A stretch of 40,625 nt of DNA. It comes from Verrucomicrobiota bacterium (GTDB taxonomy: Bacteria > Verrucomicrobiota > Verrucomicrobiia > Limisphaerales > UBA9464). Numbering within the stretch: the stretch's first letter is position 1; every line of letters starts with the position of its first letter. Location of the stretch: assembly GCA_947454005.1 (NCBI GenBank), contig CANGMH010000003.1, positions 1 through 40,625 on the forward strand, read 5' to 3'. The notes beneath the pieces were generated by a model. That model was not told the origin of the DNA, ran no database searches, and saw nothing but the letters and a program-made list of their open reading frames with translations. The position numbers and the translations under genes were made by a program. Of this stretch, positions 27,303 to 38,344 are shown one piece after another.

Positions 27303-28622
27303 ATGAGAACTTCCATCGCCTCCTTGTCGCCGGCCTTGGCCGCCGGTTGCGCCGCGTTCGCGATCCAGGCAGCCGACCCGGTGCTGCACACCTTCAAGCG
27401 CTTCCAGTTGAGCGACCAGTTCTGGTGCGAGGGCGCGAGCTTCGCCGACTTCAACCGCGACGGCGTGAACGACATCGTCTCCGGTCCGTGGTGGTACGAG
27501 GGACCCGGCTTCACCAAACGCCACGAGATCTACGCGCCGAAGGCGACCTTCCAGCTCCAGCTCGGGCCGATGACCTCCGTGGCCGTGCCGGGCTACGACG
27601 GCGCGCTCGGCAGCAAGAACACCTACTCGGACAACTTCTTCGCCTTCCCGCGCGACTTCAACGACGACGGCTGGATGGACGTGCTCATCATCGGGTTCCC
27701 CGGCCAGGAGACCGTCTGGTTCGAGAACCCGAGGTCGCCCGACAAACACTGGACGCGCCACGTCGTCTTCACCCAGACCGACAACGAATCACCGACCTTC
27801 GCCGACATCACCGGCGACGGCAGGCCCGAGCTCGTCTGCATCACCAAGGGCGCCTACGGCTATGCTTCGCCCGACGCCTCGGACCCCGCGAAGCCGTGGA
27901 CCTGGCACCGCATCTCGCCGGACAAGGGCTACGGCAACTTCACCCACGGCATGGGCATCGGGGACATCAACGGCGACGGCCGTGCCGACCTGGTCGAGAA
28001 GGACGGCTGGTGGGAACAACCCGCCTCGCTCGCGGGCGACCCGGAGTGGAGGTTCCATCCGGGCCCGTTCGGTCTCGGCGGTTCGCAGATGCACGTGTAC
28101 GACGTCGACGGCGACGGGCTGCCCGATGTCGTGAGCGCGCTGACGGCGCATGCGTTCGGCCTCGCGTGGTTCCAGCAGGTCCGGACCGGCGGAGAGATCT
28201 CGTTCCGCGAGCACGTGATCATGAACAAGGAGCCGCGCGAGAACCGCTACGGCGTGAAGTTCACCGAGCTGCACGCGCTGGAGCTGGTGGACATGGACGG
28301 CGACGGCGTGAAGGACATCGTGACCGGCAAGCGCTTCTGGTCGCACGGCCGCACCGGCGATCCCGACCGCAACCAGGCCGCCGTGGCGTACTGGTTCCGC
28401 ACCGTGCGCGGCGCGGACAAGTCGGTCGATTTCGTGCCGCACCTGATCGACGACAACTCCGGCGTGGGCACCCAGCTCGTCGTCGGGGACATCGACAAGG
28501 ACGGCCTGCCCGACCTCGTCGTCGGCAACAAGAAGGGCACCTTCGTCCATCTCCACGAGAAGAAGACCGTGACGCAGGCCGAGTGGGACAAGGCCCAACC
28601 GAAGCCGTTCGCGGCGCCTTGA
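27303..28622 (+). CDS. Exported FG-GAP/VCBS repeat (beta-propeller) protein
   Basis: Signal peptide MRTSIASLSPALAAGCAAFAIQA. Repeated D(F/I/V)(N/D)xDGxxD motifs: DFNRDG, DFNDDG, DITGDG, DINGDG, DVDGDG, DMDGDG, DIDKDG. Confidence 0.9.
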   Translation: MRTSIASLSPALAAGCAAFAIQAADPVLHTFKRFQLSDQFWCEGASFADFNRDGVNDIVSGPWWYEGPGFTKRHEIYAPKATFQLQLGPMTSVAVPGYDGALGSKNTYSDNFFAFPRDFNDDGWMDVLIIGFPGQETVWFENPRSPDKHWTRHVVFTQTDNESPTFADITGDGRPELVCITKGAYGYASPDASDPAKPWTWHRISPDKGYGNFTHGMGIGDINGDGRADLVEKDGWWEQPASLAGDPEWRFHPGPFGLGGSQMHVYDVDGDGLPDVVSALTAHAFGLAWFQQVRTGGEISFREHVIMNKEPRENRYGVKFTELHALELVDMDGDGVKDIVTGKRFWSHGRTGDPDRNQAAVAYWFRTVRGADKSVDFVPHLIDDNSGVGTQLVVGDIDKDGLPDLVVGNKKGTFVHLHEKKTVTQAEWDKAQPKPFAAP

Positions 28623-28717
28623 GCGTCCCGGCGGCGCGATGTGCCGCCTTTGCCATCGACCCGATGCATCGGGGACAAGACCGGCGACCGGAGCGGCGCC
28701 ATCTTCCTCTCACGAAC

Positions 28718-29986
28718 ATGCAGCCCCGGTCAGGACCCAAGGACGTCGTCGTCATCGGCGGCGGCATCATCGGCCTCAGCATCGCCTACTACACGGCGCT
28801 GCGCGGCAACCGCGTGACCGTCGTCGACCGGAACCCGGGACAACGCGACGGCTGTTCCTTCGGCAACGCCGGCATGGTCGTGCCGAGCCATTTCGTGCCG
28901 TTGGCCGCGCCCGGCATGGTGGCGCTCGGCCTCAAGTGGATGTGGGACCCGGCATCGCCGTTCTACATCAAGCCGCGCCTCGACCTGGACCTGCTGAAGT
29001 GGGGGCTGAAGTTCTGGGCCGCGTCGACCGCCGCGCACGTCGGGCGCGCCGCGCCGCTGATCCGCGACCTCAGCTTCGCGAGCCGCGCCTGTTTCGAGGA
29101 GCTGTCCGCGCTCCCCGGCGAAGGGTTCGGCCTGGTCCAGAAGGGCCTCGTGATGCTCTGCAAGACGCAGCACGCGCTCGATGACGAGGCCCGGTACGCC
29201 GCGCAGGCGAACGCCCTCGGCGTCCCGGCCCGGGTGCTGGACGCCGAGGGCCTCGCCGCGCTCGATCCGGACGTGACCATGGACGTCGCGGGCGGCGTGT
29301 TCTTCCCGAAGGATTGCCATCTCTCGCCCGGACGCTTCATGGACGCCCTCCAACGCCGCTGCGAGACGCTCGGCGTGCGGACCGCGTGGAACACGGAGAT
29401 CACCGGCTTCGTGCGCGACGGACGCCGGATCGTCGGGGCGACGACCGCGACGGGAACCCTCGCGGCCGATGAGTTCGTGCTCTGCGGCGGGTCCTGGTCG
29501 CCGGTCCTCGGGAGCGGGCTGGGCCTGAGGATCCCGATGCAGGCGGGCAAAGGCTACAGCCTCACGCTGCCGGAGCCGCGCGAGCTGCCGCAGGTGTGCT
29601 CGATCTTCACCGAGGCCCGCGTCGCGGTGACGCCGATGGGCCGGACGTTGCGCTTCGGCGGGACGATGGAGATCGCCGGCCTCGACGAGACCATCAACCC
29701 GGTCCGCGTCCGGGGCATCATCGATGCCGTGCCGAGGTATTATCCGAAGTTCGGGGCCGATGACTTCGCGGGCATCCAGCCTTGGCGCGGGCTGCGGCCG
29801 TGCTCACCGGACGGCCTGCCGTACATCGGCCGCACCGCGGGCCACGACAACCTCACCATCGCCACCGGTCACGCGATGATGGGCCTGAGCCTCGGCCCGA
29901 TCACCGGCAAGCTCGTGGCCGAGGTGCTTTCCGGCGAGCGGCCTTCGATCGATCTGGAGCTCCTCGACCCGGACCGCTACGCGTGA
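28718..29986 (+). CDS. FAD-dependent D-amino acid dehydrogenase (DadA-like)
   Basis: VVVIGGGIIG Rossmann motif, SFGNAG, GKGYS, WRGLRPCSPDGLPYIG and TGHAMMGLSLGP. Substrate cannot be determined. Confidence 0.9.
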   Translation: MQPRSGPKDVVVIGGGIIGLSIAYYTALRGNRVTVVDRNPGQRDGCSFGNAGMVVPSHFVPLAAPGMVALGLKWMWDPASPFYIKPRLDLDLLKWGLKFWAASTAAHVGRAAPLIRDLSFASRACFEELSALPGEGFGLVQKGLVMLCKTQHALDDEARYAAQANALGVPARVLDAEGLAALDPDVTMDVAGGVFFPKDCHLSPGRFMDALQRRCETLGVRTAWNTEITGFVRDGRRIVGATTATGTLAADEFVLCGGSWSPVLGSGLGLRIPMQAGKGYSLTLPEPRELPQVCSIFTEARVAVTPMGRTLRFGGTMEIAGLDETINPVRVRGIIDAVPRYYPKFGADDFAGIQPWRGLRPCSPDGLPYIGRTAGHDNLTIATGHAMMGLSLGPITGKLVAEVLSGERPSIDLELLDPDRYA

Positions 29987-30010
29987 CTGCGCGGCGGCGC
30001 GGCCACCGGT

Positions 30011-31174
30011 TCACTTCACCGCGGCGTCCCGTCCGTCACGCGTCACCGCGCCGAAGGCCTCCCACTGCCAGAGGATCCGCCGCGCGGCTTCGCCCGTGCC
30101 CCAGCGACCGGCCCAGCCCTTGGGAGCCGCGCCCGCGGCGACCAGTTCGCGCAAGGCCCCGGCTTGTCGGCGCGTGAGCATCCAGTCCTGGCCAAGGTTG
30201 AAGACGGCGGAATCGAGCACGACCGGGACGGACGACGTCCCGGCGGCCTCGCGGAAACGCGGCGTGTACAGACCCGTCCAGCGGATCCCGTCGCCGATCG
30301 CCGACGCCTTGCGCAGCAGGATCCGGTGGAATCCCGCCGGACGCGCCTGGTCCAGGACGGATGCGAGCTCGCCGATGCCGCGCGGGAAGAGCGGACGATG
30401 CCGCGCGCCGTCCATCGTCAGCCGGATGGCCAACGGCAGCAGCCAGGTGCCGGCGATCTCCCATCCGCTCCGGGCCGCCTCGGAACGCCAGCGGGAGAGC
30501 TCCCAGTTGTTGAAGTGCGGCCCGCACACGTCGCTGGCGAGATAGCTCGGCGACATGGACGAGAGCCCGCGCAGGTCGTCGTCGTACAGCGCATCCCACA
30601 CGCCGAGCAGCTCGCGCAGGCGCCGTTCGTTCTGCATCGCGTCGACGTCGAGCCCGAGCGTGGCCAACCACGGCCGCAACCGCGTGGCAGGATGCGACCC
30701 GCCGTTCACGCCGAGGTACAGCGCGCCCTGGGGCCGGAGGCAAGGGGCGAGGCTCTTCAACGCCTGTCCGGGATCCGGGATGTAGCTGAGCACGCCGTGG
30801 CAGGTGACGAGGTCGAAGTCCGTGCCGACCTTCGTCGCGAGATCCGGATCGGTGAGGTCCGCCACGTCGAAGGCGACCGGCCGGGCGATCTTCGCGGCGC
30901 GCTGGATCCGCCGCGCGACCTCGATCGACCGAGAGCTGAAATCGACCGCGACGATCTCCGCCTTGGGCAACCGCCGCCGCAGCACGAAAGCTTCCGCGCC
31001 GGTGCCGCAGCCGGCGACGAGCACGCGCGCGGGCCTGCCCTGTCCGGGAAGGCCGACCGCCTCGATCCATCGCTGCGACGGGAGCGAACCGCCCTTGCCC
31101 TCGGCGATGGAGGCCTCGGTCCCGGGGTACGGGAGCCGGTCGTAGCTGCGGCGGGTCTTCTCGGCGGGTGTCAC
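30011..31174 (-). CDS. Class I SAM-dependent methyltransferase
   Basis: YDRLPYP, VLVAGCGTG, VAVDFS, FDLVTCHGVL and L.P.G.LYL. Confidence 0.85.
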   Translation of the reverse strand: MTPAEKTRRSYDRLPYPGTEASIAEGKGGSLPSQRWIEAVGLPGQGRPARVLVAGCGTGAEAFVLRRRLPKAEIVAVDFSSRSIEVARRIQRAAKIARPVAFDVADLTDPDLATKVGTDFDLVTCHGVLSYIPDPGQALKSLAPCLRPQGALYLGVNGGSHPATRLRPWLATLGLDVDAMQNERRLRELLGVWDALYDDDLRGLSSMSPSYLASDVCGPHFNNWELSRWRSEAARSGWEIAGTWLLPLAIRLTMDGARHRPLFPRGIGELASVLDQARPAGFHRILLRKASAIGDGIRWTGLYTPRFREAAGTSSVPVVLDSAVFNLGQDWMLTRRQAGALRELVAAGAAPKGWAGRWGTGEAARRILWQWEAFGAVTRDGRDAAVK

Positions 31175-31241
31175 CGCGGCGATTGAGCGGTCTGGCGGGC
31201 GGGCAGGTCAACCGCCGCGGTCCAGAGCGGTGCCCGCCCGT

Positions 31242-32147
31242 TCAATCGCGCAGGCCGCCCATCGCCTTCAGCGCGGTGCGGATCGCGGCGGCGCGGTTCT
31301 CGGCGTGGAGCTTGCCGAGGATGTGCTCGACGTGCTTCTCCACGGTGCGGCGCGCGGAGCCGAGGATGATGGCGACCTCCGAGTTGGCTTTGCCCTCGCT
31401 GAGCCAGAAGAGCACCTCCGCCTCGCGGGGTGTCAGCCCGAGCGGCAGGAGCGCGTTGGGACCTTCCGAGGCCCGCGTCTCCAGCTCGATGACGGTCGGC
31501 TCGCCGGGACGTCCGGTCGACCAACGGGCGCCGAGCCCCGGGGCGACCTCCTCGGACCGGATGCGCGTCGCGGCCGGGCGCAGCGCGTCGGGAAGCGACC
31601 CGGGCGCCGATGCCGGGAAGCTCCTCGTGAGCAAGGTCTGCGCGAGCCGCGTGGCGAAGAGCACCTTGCCGTCGGGCGCCGCGACGATCAACGCGCGGTC
31701 GAGCGAATCGCGCAATTGTTCCTCGGCCTCGCGCCGCATCTCCAGCTCGTCCGCCAGGTCGCGTTGCAGCCGGGCGACGCGCAGATGCGTCCGCACGCGC
31801 GCCAGCACTTCCGGCGTCTGGATCGGCTTCGTCACATAGTCGACCGCGCCGGCGTCGAGGGCGCGGACCTTCTCGTCGAGCTCGTCCACCGCGGTGAGGA
31901 AGATGACCGGGACGTCCGCGGACGCCGGACGCGCCTTGATCCGGCGGCAGACCTCCATGCCGTCCATGCCCGGCAGCATGTAGTCGAGCAGCACGATCTC
32001 CGGCGTCTCGTGGTCGAGCTGGGCGAGGGCGCCCTCGCCGGATTCCGCCACCAGCACGCGGTGTCCCGCCTGGGTCAACGCGTCGAAGAGCAGGCCGAGA
32101 TTGGCCGGCACGTCGTCGACGACCAGGATGGTGGCGGGAAGGTCCAA
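31242..32147 (-). CDS. Response regulator, REC + LuxR-type HTH
   Basis: ILVVDD, LLDYMLPGMDG, FLTA and YVTKP, plus C-terminal LTPREAEVLFWLSEGKANSEVAIILG...TVEKH. Start taken as TTG at 32147 (uncertain). Confidence 0.9.
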   Translation of the reverse strand: MDLPATILVVDDVPANLGLLFDALTQAGHRVLVAESGEGALAQLDHETPEIVLLDYMLPGMDGMEVCRRIKARPASADVPVIFLTAVDELDEKVRALDAGAVDYVTKPIQTPEVLARVRTHLRVARLQRDLADELEMRREAEEQLRDSLDRALIVAAPDGKVLFATRLAQTLLTRSFPASAPGSLPDALRPAATRIRSEEVAPGLGARWSTGRPGEPTVIELETRASEGPNALLPLGLTPREAEVLFWLSEGKANSEVAIILGSARRTVEKHVEHILGKLHAENRAAAIRTALKAMGGLRD

Positions 32148-32166
32148 GTCGGTCCGGAGCGCGGGA

Positions 32167-32835
32167 TCAGCACCCAGCGGCCTCGGCGGTCGCGCGGGTC
32201 CGGGCCGCCCGGCGGCGCCGCCACAGCCACGCCGTCCCGGCCAGACCGGCCAACGGCAGGAGACTGCTGGCCTCGGGGACCTCCGAGACGGACACGGCAT
32301 CCAGGTAGGGCCCGCCGAAAGAACCGCTGGCCGTGGTGAAGCGGAGCGTGGCGTCGCCGGAGACCGACGGAGTGAACTGCGTCGTGAAGACCTGCCAAGG
32401 CGTTGTCGCGCCGAAGTCGGTGAACGCGTTGAGACCGGTCGGGTCGACCGAACCGGACACCAGGGTGCCGAGGCTGAAATCCAGCGGCGCCACTCCGCCG
32501 CCGTCGTCGGTGTAGGCGAACGACAGCTGGTAGGTGACCCCGGCGGACAGCCCCAACGTCTGCTCGAGCCCGGTGGGGAACGGACCACCGGAGAGGTTGC
32601 CGATCAGGTCGACGAACTGCGCGCCTGCCGCGGCCGATCCGCCCGAATAACCGGCGCTCAGGACGTCCGTGCCGCCCCCGACCGCGGTCCAACCGGTCGG
32701 CGTCTGTTGCAGGAACAGCCCCGGAGTCACGGAGTCCAGCTCGAAGGACGGGTTGAAGACGAGGTTCGCCGACGCCGCGATGCCCGGCGTGGAGAGAAGT
32801 GCCAGAGGCACGAGGAAGGCTGGCTTGAGACCCAT
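32167..32835 (-). CDS. PEP-CTERM-type surface protein with DUF642/galactose-binding-like domain
   Basis: C-terminal end of a long ORF-track frame; real start at ATG 32835. Signal peptide, NLVFNPSFE, GWT, VDL.G, YQLSF and GP.LDAVSV, then sorting signal VPEAS + hydrophobic helix + RRRR. Confidence 0.85.
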   Translation of the reverse strand: MGLKPAFLVPLALLSTPGIAASANLVFNPSFELDSVTPGLFLQQTPTGWTAVGGGTDVLSAGYSGGSAAAGAQFVDLIGNLSGGPFPTGLEQTLGLSAGVTYQLSFAYTDDGGGVAPLDFSLGTLVSGSVDPTGLNAFTDFGATTPWQVFTTQFTPSVSGDATLRFTTASGSFGGPYLDAVSVSEVPEASSLLPLAGLAGTAWLWRRRRAARTRATAEAAGC

Positions 32836-32933
32836 TGCGGTTCCGACCGTGCCATGCCGGCGAGCACCGGGCAACCCGGCGCGGAACAGGGATGTTCCTG
32901 AGAGCCTCGTTCCCGCGTCCCTTGGATCCCACC

Positions 32934-35900
32934 TCATCCGAGCCGTCTCCGCAGCGCCGCCATCTGGTACGAGGTCGCGAGCGCTTCCAGTTCGTCGGCG
33001 AAGGCGGCATGGCCGGGCGCTTCCGCGCGGAGCACCGCGATGGCGGCACGCAGGGCGACGATGTCCCCGCGGTTCGCCGCGACGCGGAGCGGCGTGAGCT
33101 GCGCCTCGGACGGCAGCGTCGCGACCGGCGCGGGATCCGACGCGTTCGCGACCGGGGTCGCGGCCAGTATCTCGTCCTCGTAGCGCCACGCCAGGCGGAG
33201 CTGATGCCGCAGGATCTCGAGCAGCTGAGATTCTTGGAACGGTTTCGGCAGGAAATCGTCCGCACCCGCGCGCGCTGCGTCGTCGCGGTTGAACCCGAAC
33301 ACGCTCGCCGAAGTGGCCACCAACCGCGGCCCCGGGCCCGGCAGCGCGCGGATGCGACGGGTCAGCTCGAAGCCGTCCATGCCGGGCATGCGCAGGTCGA
33401 GCAGGACGAGGTCGAAGGCGTCCGGGCCGACGGCACCCGCCATGGCCTCGAGCGCCTGCGCGCCGGTCTCGGCTTCGGTCAGGTCGAAGCCCAGCGGCCC
33501 GAGGAACTCGCGCAACAACCGGCGGTTCACCTCCAGGTCGTCCACCAGCAGCACACGACGTCGACGTCCTTCGTGGCCGATGATCCGCCGCGACGGCCCG
33601 ACCGTCGACACCGGCGACGACGACGGAGGGAGCGGGATCGCGAACGAGAAGCGGCTGCCCTTCCCCGGCGTGCTCTCGACCTCGATGCGCCCGCCCATCA
33701 GGCCGACCAGGTGCTGGCTGATGGCCAGACCGAGGCCGGCGCCCTGTTCTTGCGGACGGCCCGGTCCCGCATGCGAGAAGGGTTGGAAGAGCCGCGCGAT
33801 GTCGTCGGACGAGAGCCCCGGGCCGGTGTCGGCCACGACGAAGCGGAAGCGGTCCGCGCCCGCCGGGTCCGGCACGGCCTCCAGACGGACGCCGCCGGAG
33901 GTCGTGAACTTGACCGCGTTGCCCAGCAGGTTCTCCAGCACCTGACGCAGCCGTTGCGGGTCGCCCACCACGGCACCGGCGGGCAGGGCGTCGGCGACCA
34001 CCTCCAACCGGAGGCCGCGCACGTTCGCGCGCGCCGCGAAACCGACCTCCAGGTCGCGCAACAGATCCCGCGGCAGGAACGGCGCGGGCCGCAGCTCGAC
34101 GCGCCCGGCCTCCACCTTCGCGAGGTCGAGCACGTCGTTGATCAGCCCGAGCAGATGGTCGCCGCTGCTGCGGATCACCCGCAGGCGCTCGCGGTTGCGG
34201 TCCGATTGCTCCGGGTCGCGCGAGAGGATCTGCGCGAAGCCGAGGATGCCGTTGAGGGGCGTCCTCAGCTCGTGGCTCATGTTCGCGAGGAAGCGCGATT
34301 TCGCGCGGTTGGCTTCTTCCGCCGCGTCCTTCGCGACCTCGAGCTCCCGGGTCCGCACCGCCACCAACTCCTCCAGCTCGCGCGCCCGCGTCTCCGCCCG
34401 CCCCAACCGCCACCGCAGCACGCCCCAGAACAAGGCCAACGCGGCCAGAGCGTATCCCGCGAACGCCGCGGGGCCCCGGTACCACGGCGCCGCCACGTCG
34501 AACCGGTACCTCGCCACGGGCGACACCGCGCCGGCCTCGTCGCGCATCCGCACCTCGAAGGTGAACGGCCCGCCGTCGGGGTTCAGGAACTCGCGCTCGG
34601 TCTCGGTCGTCCAGTCGCTCCAGCGGTCGTCGAACCCGACCAGCCGCGTCTGGAATCCCGCCGCCGCACCCGCGCCGTACTGCGCCGGCGCGAAGACGAT
34701 GCGCACCGGTTCGCGGCCGTGCCGGAACTTCCCCTCCGTCCGCACCGGCTGCTCCGCGCCCTCCGCGTGCACCTCGCGGATGATCGGCGCCCATCGCGGC
34801 GCCGCGCCCGGACGATAGTCCCCGAGCCCGAGCCGGAAGACCGGTCCGCCGAACGGCTTCACCCACAGCACGCCGCCGGCCGGCTCCGGTTCCCAGAGCG
34901 CGAACTGATATCCCCGCCGCCCGACCAGCGTGCGGACCGCCGCGCTCGCCGGCTCGAACGCGACCGCGCCGTCCGCGCCCACCCGGAACCGGGCCAGCGG
35001 ATACGGCGTGTCCTTCAGCGATTGGATGCCGTTGATCCAGACCTCTCCCGGCGCACCGCGCGACACGGGGTCCACCACCAGGTTCGTCCGCCCCGGGACC
35101 ACCAGCCGCGTGTCGGGCGAGAAGCGGTCGGCCACGCGGTCGTACCGGTAGAGCCCCGCTGCCGTGCTGAAGTGCGGCCCGAGGGAAGTATCGAACAGGA
35201 AGATCTGCTCGTGCCCTGCCGGCAATCCCTGCGGCCTCTGCGGATGCACGTACTGGACCACGGTCGCGGCCGACCACGGAGCCCCCGGTGTCGCCCGCAC
35301 CGCGCGGAAGACGCCCCGCGTCGTCGTCCCCGCCCAGAGCGTGCCGTCCGGTTCCTCCGCGATGGACACCACCTCGCCCGAGATCTCCGGCAACGCACCC
35401 TCCACCACCCAGCGACCGTCCTTCACCGAGAGGCTCAGCAGGCGGTCCGCGAGCCCGACGAAGATGCGGTCGGGATCCGTGGCCGAACGCGCGAGGCCCG
35501 ACACCGGCGACGGCGCGGTGAAGACGACCTCCAGCCCTTGTTGTCCGACGCGCGACAACCCGGCCGAGGTCCCGATCAACAGACCCGTCCGATGGCTCAA
35601 CAACTTCGTGCCATGCGTCCCCGCCGGCATGCGCGGATCGCGCTCGACCCGGGCGGAGCGTCCTTCCTCCGGCGCAGCCGGCACCACGCGCAGCAGCGCG
35701 TCGTCCGCGAGGAAGTAGAGCGTCCCCTCGTGGCGCACCGCGCCGCCGATGCGCGTGTTCTGCCGGCCGTCCTCGCGCGGGAAGACGCTGCCCGGAACCG
35801 AGCGGTCGATGCGGTTCAAGCCGTCCTGCGTGCTCACCCAGAGGCCGCCCTCGCGGTCCTCCGCGATCCCGCGCACCGTGTCGCTGGTCAAGCCCGTCGC

Positions 35901-36836
35901 CGAGGTGACCACCCGCAACCCGCCGCCGTCCGGACGGATCAATCCAAGTCCCCCTCCCACCGTGCCGACCGCGACCGTGCCGTCCCGCAGTTGCCGCACG
36001 ACGGTCGGCTCGATGCCCGCCAACCAGCGGTCGCCCGAGGTCGTCACCACGCGCAGGCCGCCGTCGGCCGCCAGTTCGCGCACGCCTTGGCCGCGGACGA
36101 GCAGACAGGTGGCGCCGCTCGCGTTGGTCCAGCCGCCCATCGGGCCGTCCGACGTCGGCGGGCCTGCCGACGGGACGGCCCTCCACGCGCCGCCGATCCA
36201 TTCGGATATCCCCTCGCCCGCCTTGTGCAAGAACAGCCGGGCGCCGGCTGCGAACATCCGCGCCTTGCCCGGACCCGCGAGGTCGCGACGCTCGGTGCGC
36301 GCGCCATCCCATCGCAGCACCACACCGTCGCCCGCCGCGAAGACGCCGTCCGGCCGCACCACAAGATCCCGGAGCGGTCCCACGCCGCGGCGGTCCTCCG
36401 GCAATCCGGCGAGCAGGTCGCGATGACGCGGACGTCCGTCGCCGTCGTGGACGACCACGCCGAACACATCGACCCCGCAGAGGAAAAGACCGGGCTCCTT
36501 GGACGCGCCGACGGCATCGGCGGACCACGCCAGGTCGCGGATGTATTGCGGCGTGATCTTGAGGAAGGCCCAGTCGCGCCCGTCGAACTCCAGCACGCCG
36601 TCGAGGTTCGCGAACCGCATCGTGCCGTCGTCCGCCTGCGCCGCGCCCCAGACGTCTGCGCCGCCGCGATAATCCGCCGCCCGCCATGTGCGCACCACCG
36701 GACGCCCGGTCTCGTCCCCTGCCCCGCAGCGGACGACCGCGGCCATGCCCACGAACCACGCAACGATGAGCGACACGCCGCCACGGCCGACCCGTCGGCG
36801 GGGCGAGAGGTCGATGGGATTCCGGACGAAAGACAC
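32934..36836 (-). CDS. Hybrid sensor histidine kinase with beta-propeller + Y_Y_Y sensor, HisKA, HATPase and REC domains
   Basis: Propeller repeats ([29 protein letters not shown]), [15 protein letters not shown] + TM, H-box [13 protein letters not shown]-box [19 protein letters not shown] and REC LLDLRMP. Start uncertain. Confidence 0.93.
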   Translation of the reverse strand: MSFVRNPIDLSPRRRVGRGGVSLIVAWFVGMAAVVRCGAGDETGRPVVRTWRAADYRGGADVWGAAQADDGTMRFANLDGVLEFDGRDWAFLKITPQYIRDLAWSADAVGASKEPGLFLCGVDVFGVVVHDGDGRPRHRDLLAGLPEDRRGVGPLRDLVVRPDGVFAAGDGVVLRWDGARTERRDLAGPGKARMFAAGARLFLHKAGEGISEWIGGAWRAVPSAGPPTSDGPMGGWTNASGATCLLVRGQGVRELAADGGLRVVTTSGDRWLAGIEPTVVRQLRDGTVAVGTVGGGLGLIRPDGGGLRVVTSATGLTSDTVRGIAEDREGGLWVSTQDGLNRIDRSVPGSVFPREDGRQNTRIGGAVRHEGTLYFLADDALLRVVPAAPEEGRSARVERDPRMPAGTHGTKLLSHRTGLLIGTSAGLSRVGQQGLEVVFTAPSPVSGLARSATDPDRIFVGLADRLLSLSVKDGRWVVEGALPEISGEVVSIAEEPDGTLWAGTTTRGVFRAVRATPGAPWSAATVVQYVHPQRPQGLPAGHEQIFLFDTSLGPHFSTAAGLYRYDRVADRFSPDTRLVVPGRTNLVVDPVSRGAPGEVWINGIQSLKDTPYPLARFRVGADGAVAFEPASAAVRTLVGRRGYQFALWEPEPAGGVLWVKPFGGPVFRLGLGDYRPGAAPRWAPIIREVHAEGAEQPVRTEGKFRHGREPVRIVFAPAQYGAGAAAGFQTRLVGFDDRWSDWTTETEREFLNPDGGPFTFEVRMRDEAGAVSPVARYRFDVAAPWYRGPAAFAGYALAALALFWGVLRWRLGRAETRARELEELVAVRTRELEVAKDAAEEANRAKSRFLANMSHELRTPLNGILGFAQILSRDPEQSDRNRERLRVIRSSGDHLLGLINDVLDLAKVEAGRVELRPAPFLPRDLLRDLEVGFAARANVRGLRLEVVADALPAGAVVGDPQRLRQVLENLLGNAVKFTTSGGVRLEAVPDPAGADRFRFVVADTGPGLSSDDIARLFQPFSHAGPGRPQEQGAGLGLAISQHLVGLMGGRIEVESTPGKGSRFSFAIPLPPSSSPVSTVGPSRRIIGHEGRRRRVLLVDDLEVNRRLLREFLGPLGFDLTEAETGAQALEAMAGAVGPDAFDLVLLDLRMPGMDGFELTRRIRALPGPGPRLVATSASVFGFNRDDAARAGADDFLPKPFQESQLLEILRHQLRLAWRYEDEILAATPVANASDPAPVATLPSEAQLTPLRVAANRGDIVALRAAIAVLRAEAPGHAAFADELEALATSYQMAALRRRLG

Positions 36837-37028
36837 CGACGCGGAGTGAAGCGCGGCACGACCGGATCGGGAAAGCCCAGAGTGCCTTGCGGGGGGGCGA
36901 TCGGAAGTGACGGTCAGGTTGGCGGATGGGGCGCAGCCCGGCAGGGTGCACGGTCAAGGCGCCCGGAGGCGCAACTCCCGACGAAGCGGGAAGAATCCAC
37001 GGACGGGCGGCAGTTGCTACCATCGTGG

Positions 37029-37053
37029 GTAGGGTCCGCGCTGCCGCGCGACC
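37029..37053 (+). repeat. GTAG-type REP-like palindrome
   Basis: GTAG followed by GGTC-C-GCGC-TGCC-GCGC-GACC hairpin; single clear copy in the window. Confidence 0.35.
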
Positions 37054-37231
37054 CCATCTGTCCTGCCAGGGACCTCCATGGGCAGGAAATAGCCGCCGAC
37101 CTCCTCGGACACGCCTACCGGGAACTTCCCTCGTACCACCTCGACTTACCGCCACTTCTCATCGCGCCCTGCCAAGCGGGCAGGTCCGCCCCCATGCAGG
37201 TCGAGCCGGCCCCGCGACAGGGCCTCGTGCT

Positions 37232-38344
37232 TCAGCTCCGCCGATGGAACGGGAAGTCGGTGTAGCCCTCCGCCGTCGGCGCCGACCACACCTTCGGATC
37301 CGCGGGAGGATTCAGCTCCCAACCGTGGGTGAACCGCTCCACGAGGTCGGGATTGCTCAGATAAGGCCGTCCGAAAGCGATGAGGTCCGCATGACCGGAG
37401 ACGATCGCCGCCTCGGCCGTTTCCCGCGTGTAGCCGCAGTTGCCCATCAGCGGGCCGGAGAACACCGCGCGGAATTCCGGGAGCGTCATCGGCGTGCCCT
37501 GCTGGTGGAAGCCGAAGGCCAGCCCGTCCACCACATGGAGGAAGGCCAGTCCGTAGGCGTCCAACTGCGCGGCGGCGTAGGTGTACGTCCCGCGGAAATC
37601 GGGCGCGCCCATGTCGTTGAAGTTGCCGTTGGGCGACAGGCGCACCGCCACACGATCCGCCGGCCAGACGGTGAGGACCGCCTCGACGATCTCCTTCAGG
37701 AAGCGATAGCGGTTCTCCACGCTTCCGCCGTAGCGATCCGTCCGATGATTCGTCTTGGAGTCGAGGAACTGGTTGATCAGGTAGCCGTTGGCCGCGTGGA
37801 TCTCCACCCCGTCGAATCCGGCGGCCTTGGCCCGTTCTGCCGCTCGCCGGTAATCCTGCACCACGTCGGCCACCTCGGCCGTCTCCAGGGCGCGCGGCGT
37901 CTCGTAGGGCTGCTTGCCGACCGGGGTGTGGATGGAATCGCCATCGATCTTGATGGCCGAGGCCGACACCGCCGGCTGGCCCCCGTGGAAGCTGCTGTGC
38001 GACGCGCGTCCGCAGTGCCAGAGCTGGAGAAAGATGGGCGTGCCGCGGGCCCGCAGCGCCGTCGTGATCTTCTTCCAGCCCGCCACCTGCGCATCGTTGT
38101 AGATGCCCGGCGAATCCACCCAGCCGAAGCCCTGTTCGGAGATGGTGGTCGCCTCGGCGATGATGAGCCCCGCCGAAGCCCGCTGCGTGTAATACTCCGC
38201 CATCAGATCGTTCGGCACGCGTTCACGACCGGAGCGGGCGCGGGTGAGCGGGGCCATCACCACCCGGTTGCGCAGCGGCAGACCGCGCAGGTCGAAGGGG
38301 GAGAGCAATCGGGGCGAGGCGTTGGTCGAGGCGGTGTCGTTCAT
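37232..38344 (-). CDS. Alkene reductase / Old Yellow Enzyme (NemA-like)
   Basis: NRVVMAPLTRAR, YYTQRASAGLIIAEAT, QLWHCGRASH, GFDGVEIHAANGYL, RTDRYGGSVENR, FGRP..SNPDL and GYTDFP. Start at ATG 38344. Confidence 0.95.
   Translation of the reverse strand: MNDTASTNASPRLLSPFDLRGLPLRNRVVMAPLTRARSGRERVPNDLMAEYYTQRASAGLIIAEATTISEQGFGWVDSPGIYNDAQVAGWKKITTALRARGTPIFLQLWHCGRASHSSFHGGQPAVSASAIKIDGDSIHTPVGKQPYETPRALETAEVADVVQDYRRAAERAKAAGFDGVEIHAANGYLINQFLDSKTNHRTDRYGGSVENRYRFLKEIVEAVLTVWPADRVAVRLSPNGNFNDMGAPDFRGTYTYAAAQLDAYGLAFLHVVDGLAFGFHQQGTPMTLPEFRAVFSGPLMGNCGYTRETAEAAIVSGHADLIAFGRPYLSNPDLVERFTHGWELNPPADPKVWSAPTAEGYTDFPFHRRS

Noticed and set aside
32836-32860. Sigma54 promoter upstream of the PEP-CTERM gene (TGGCACG on the minus strand)
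   Set aside because: The -12 GC is not at the required spacing from the -24 GG, and the site is too close to the start codon.
32167-37265. 1662-aa minus-strand and 1476-aa plus-strand ORFs over the kinase
   Set aside because: Arg/Gly/Ala-rich off-frame or antisense translations. Only the last 222 aa of the 1662-aa frame (the PEP-CTERM protein) look real.
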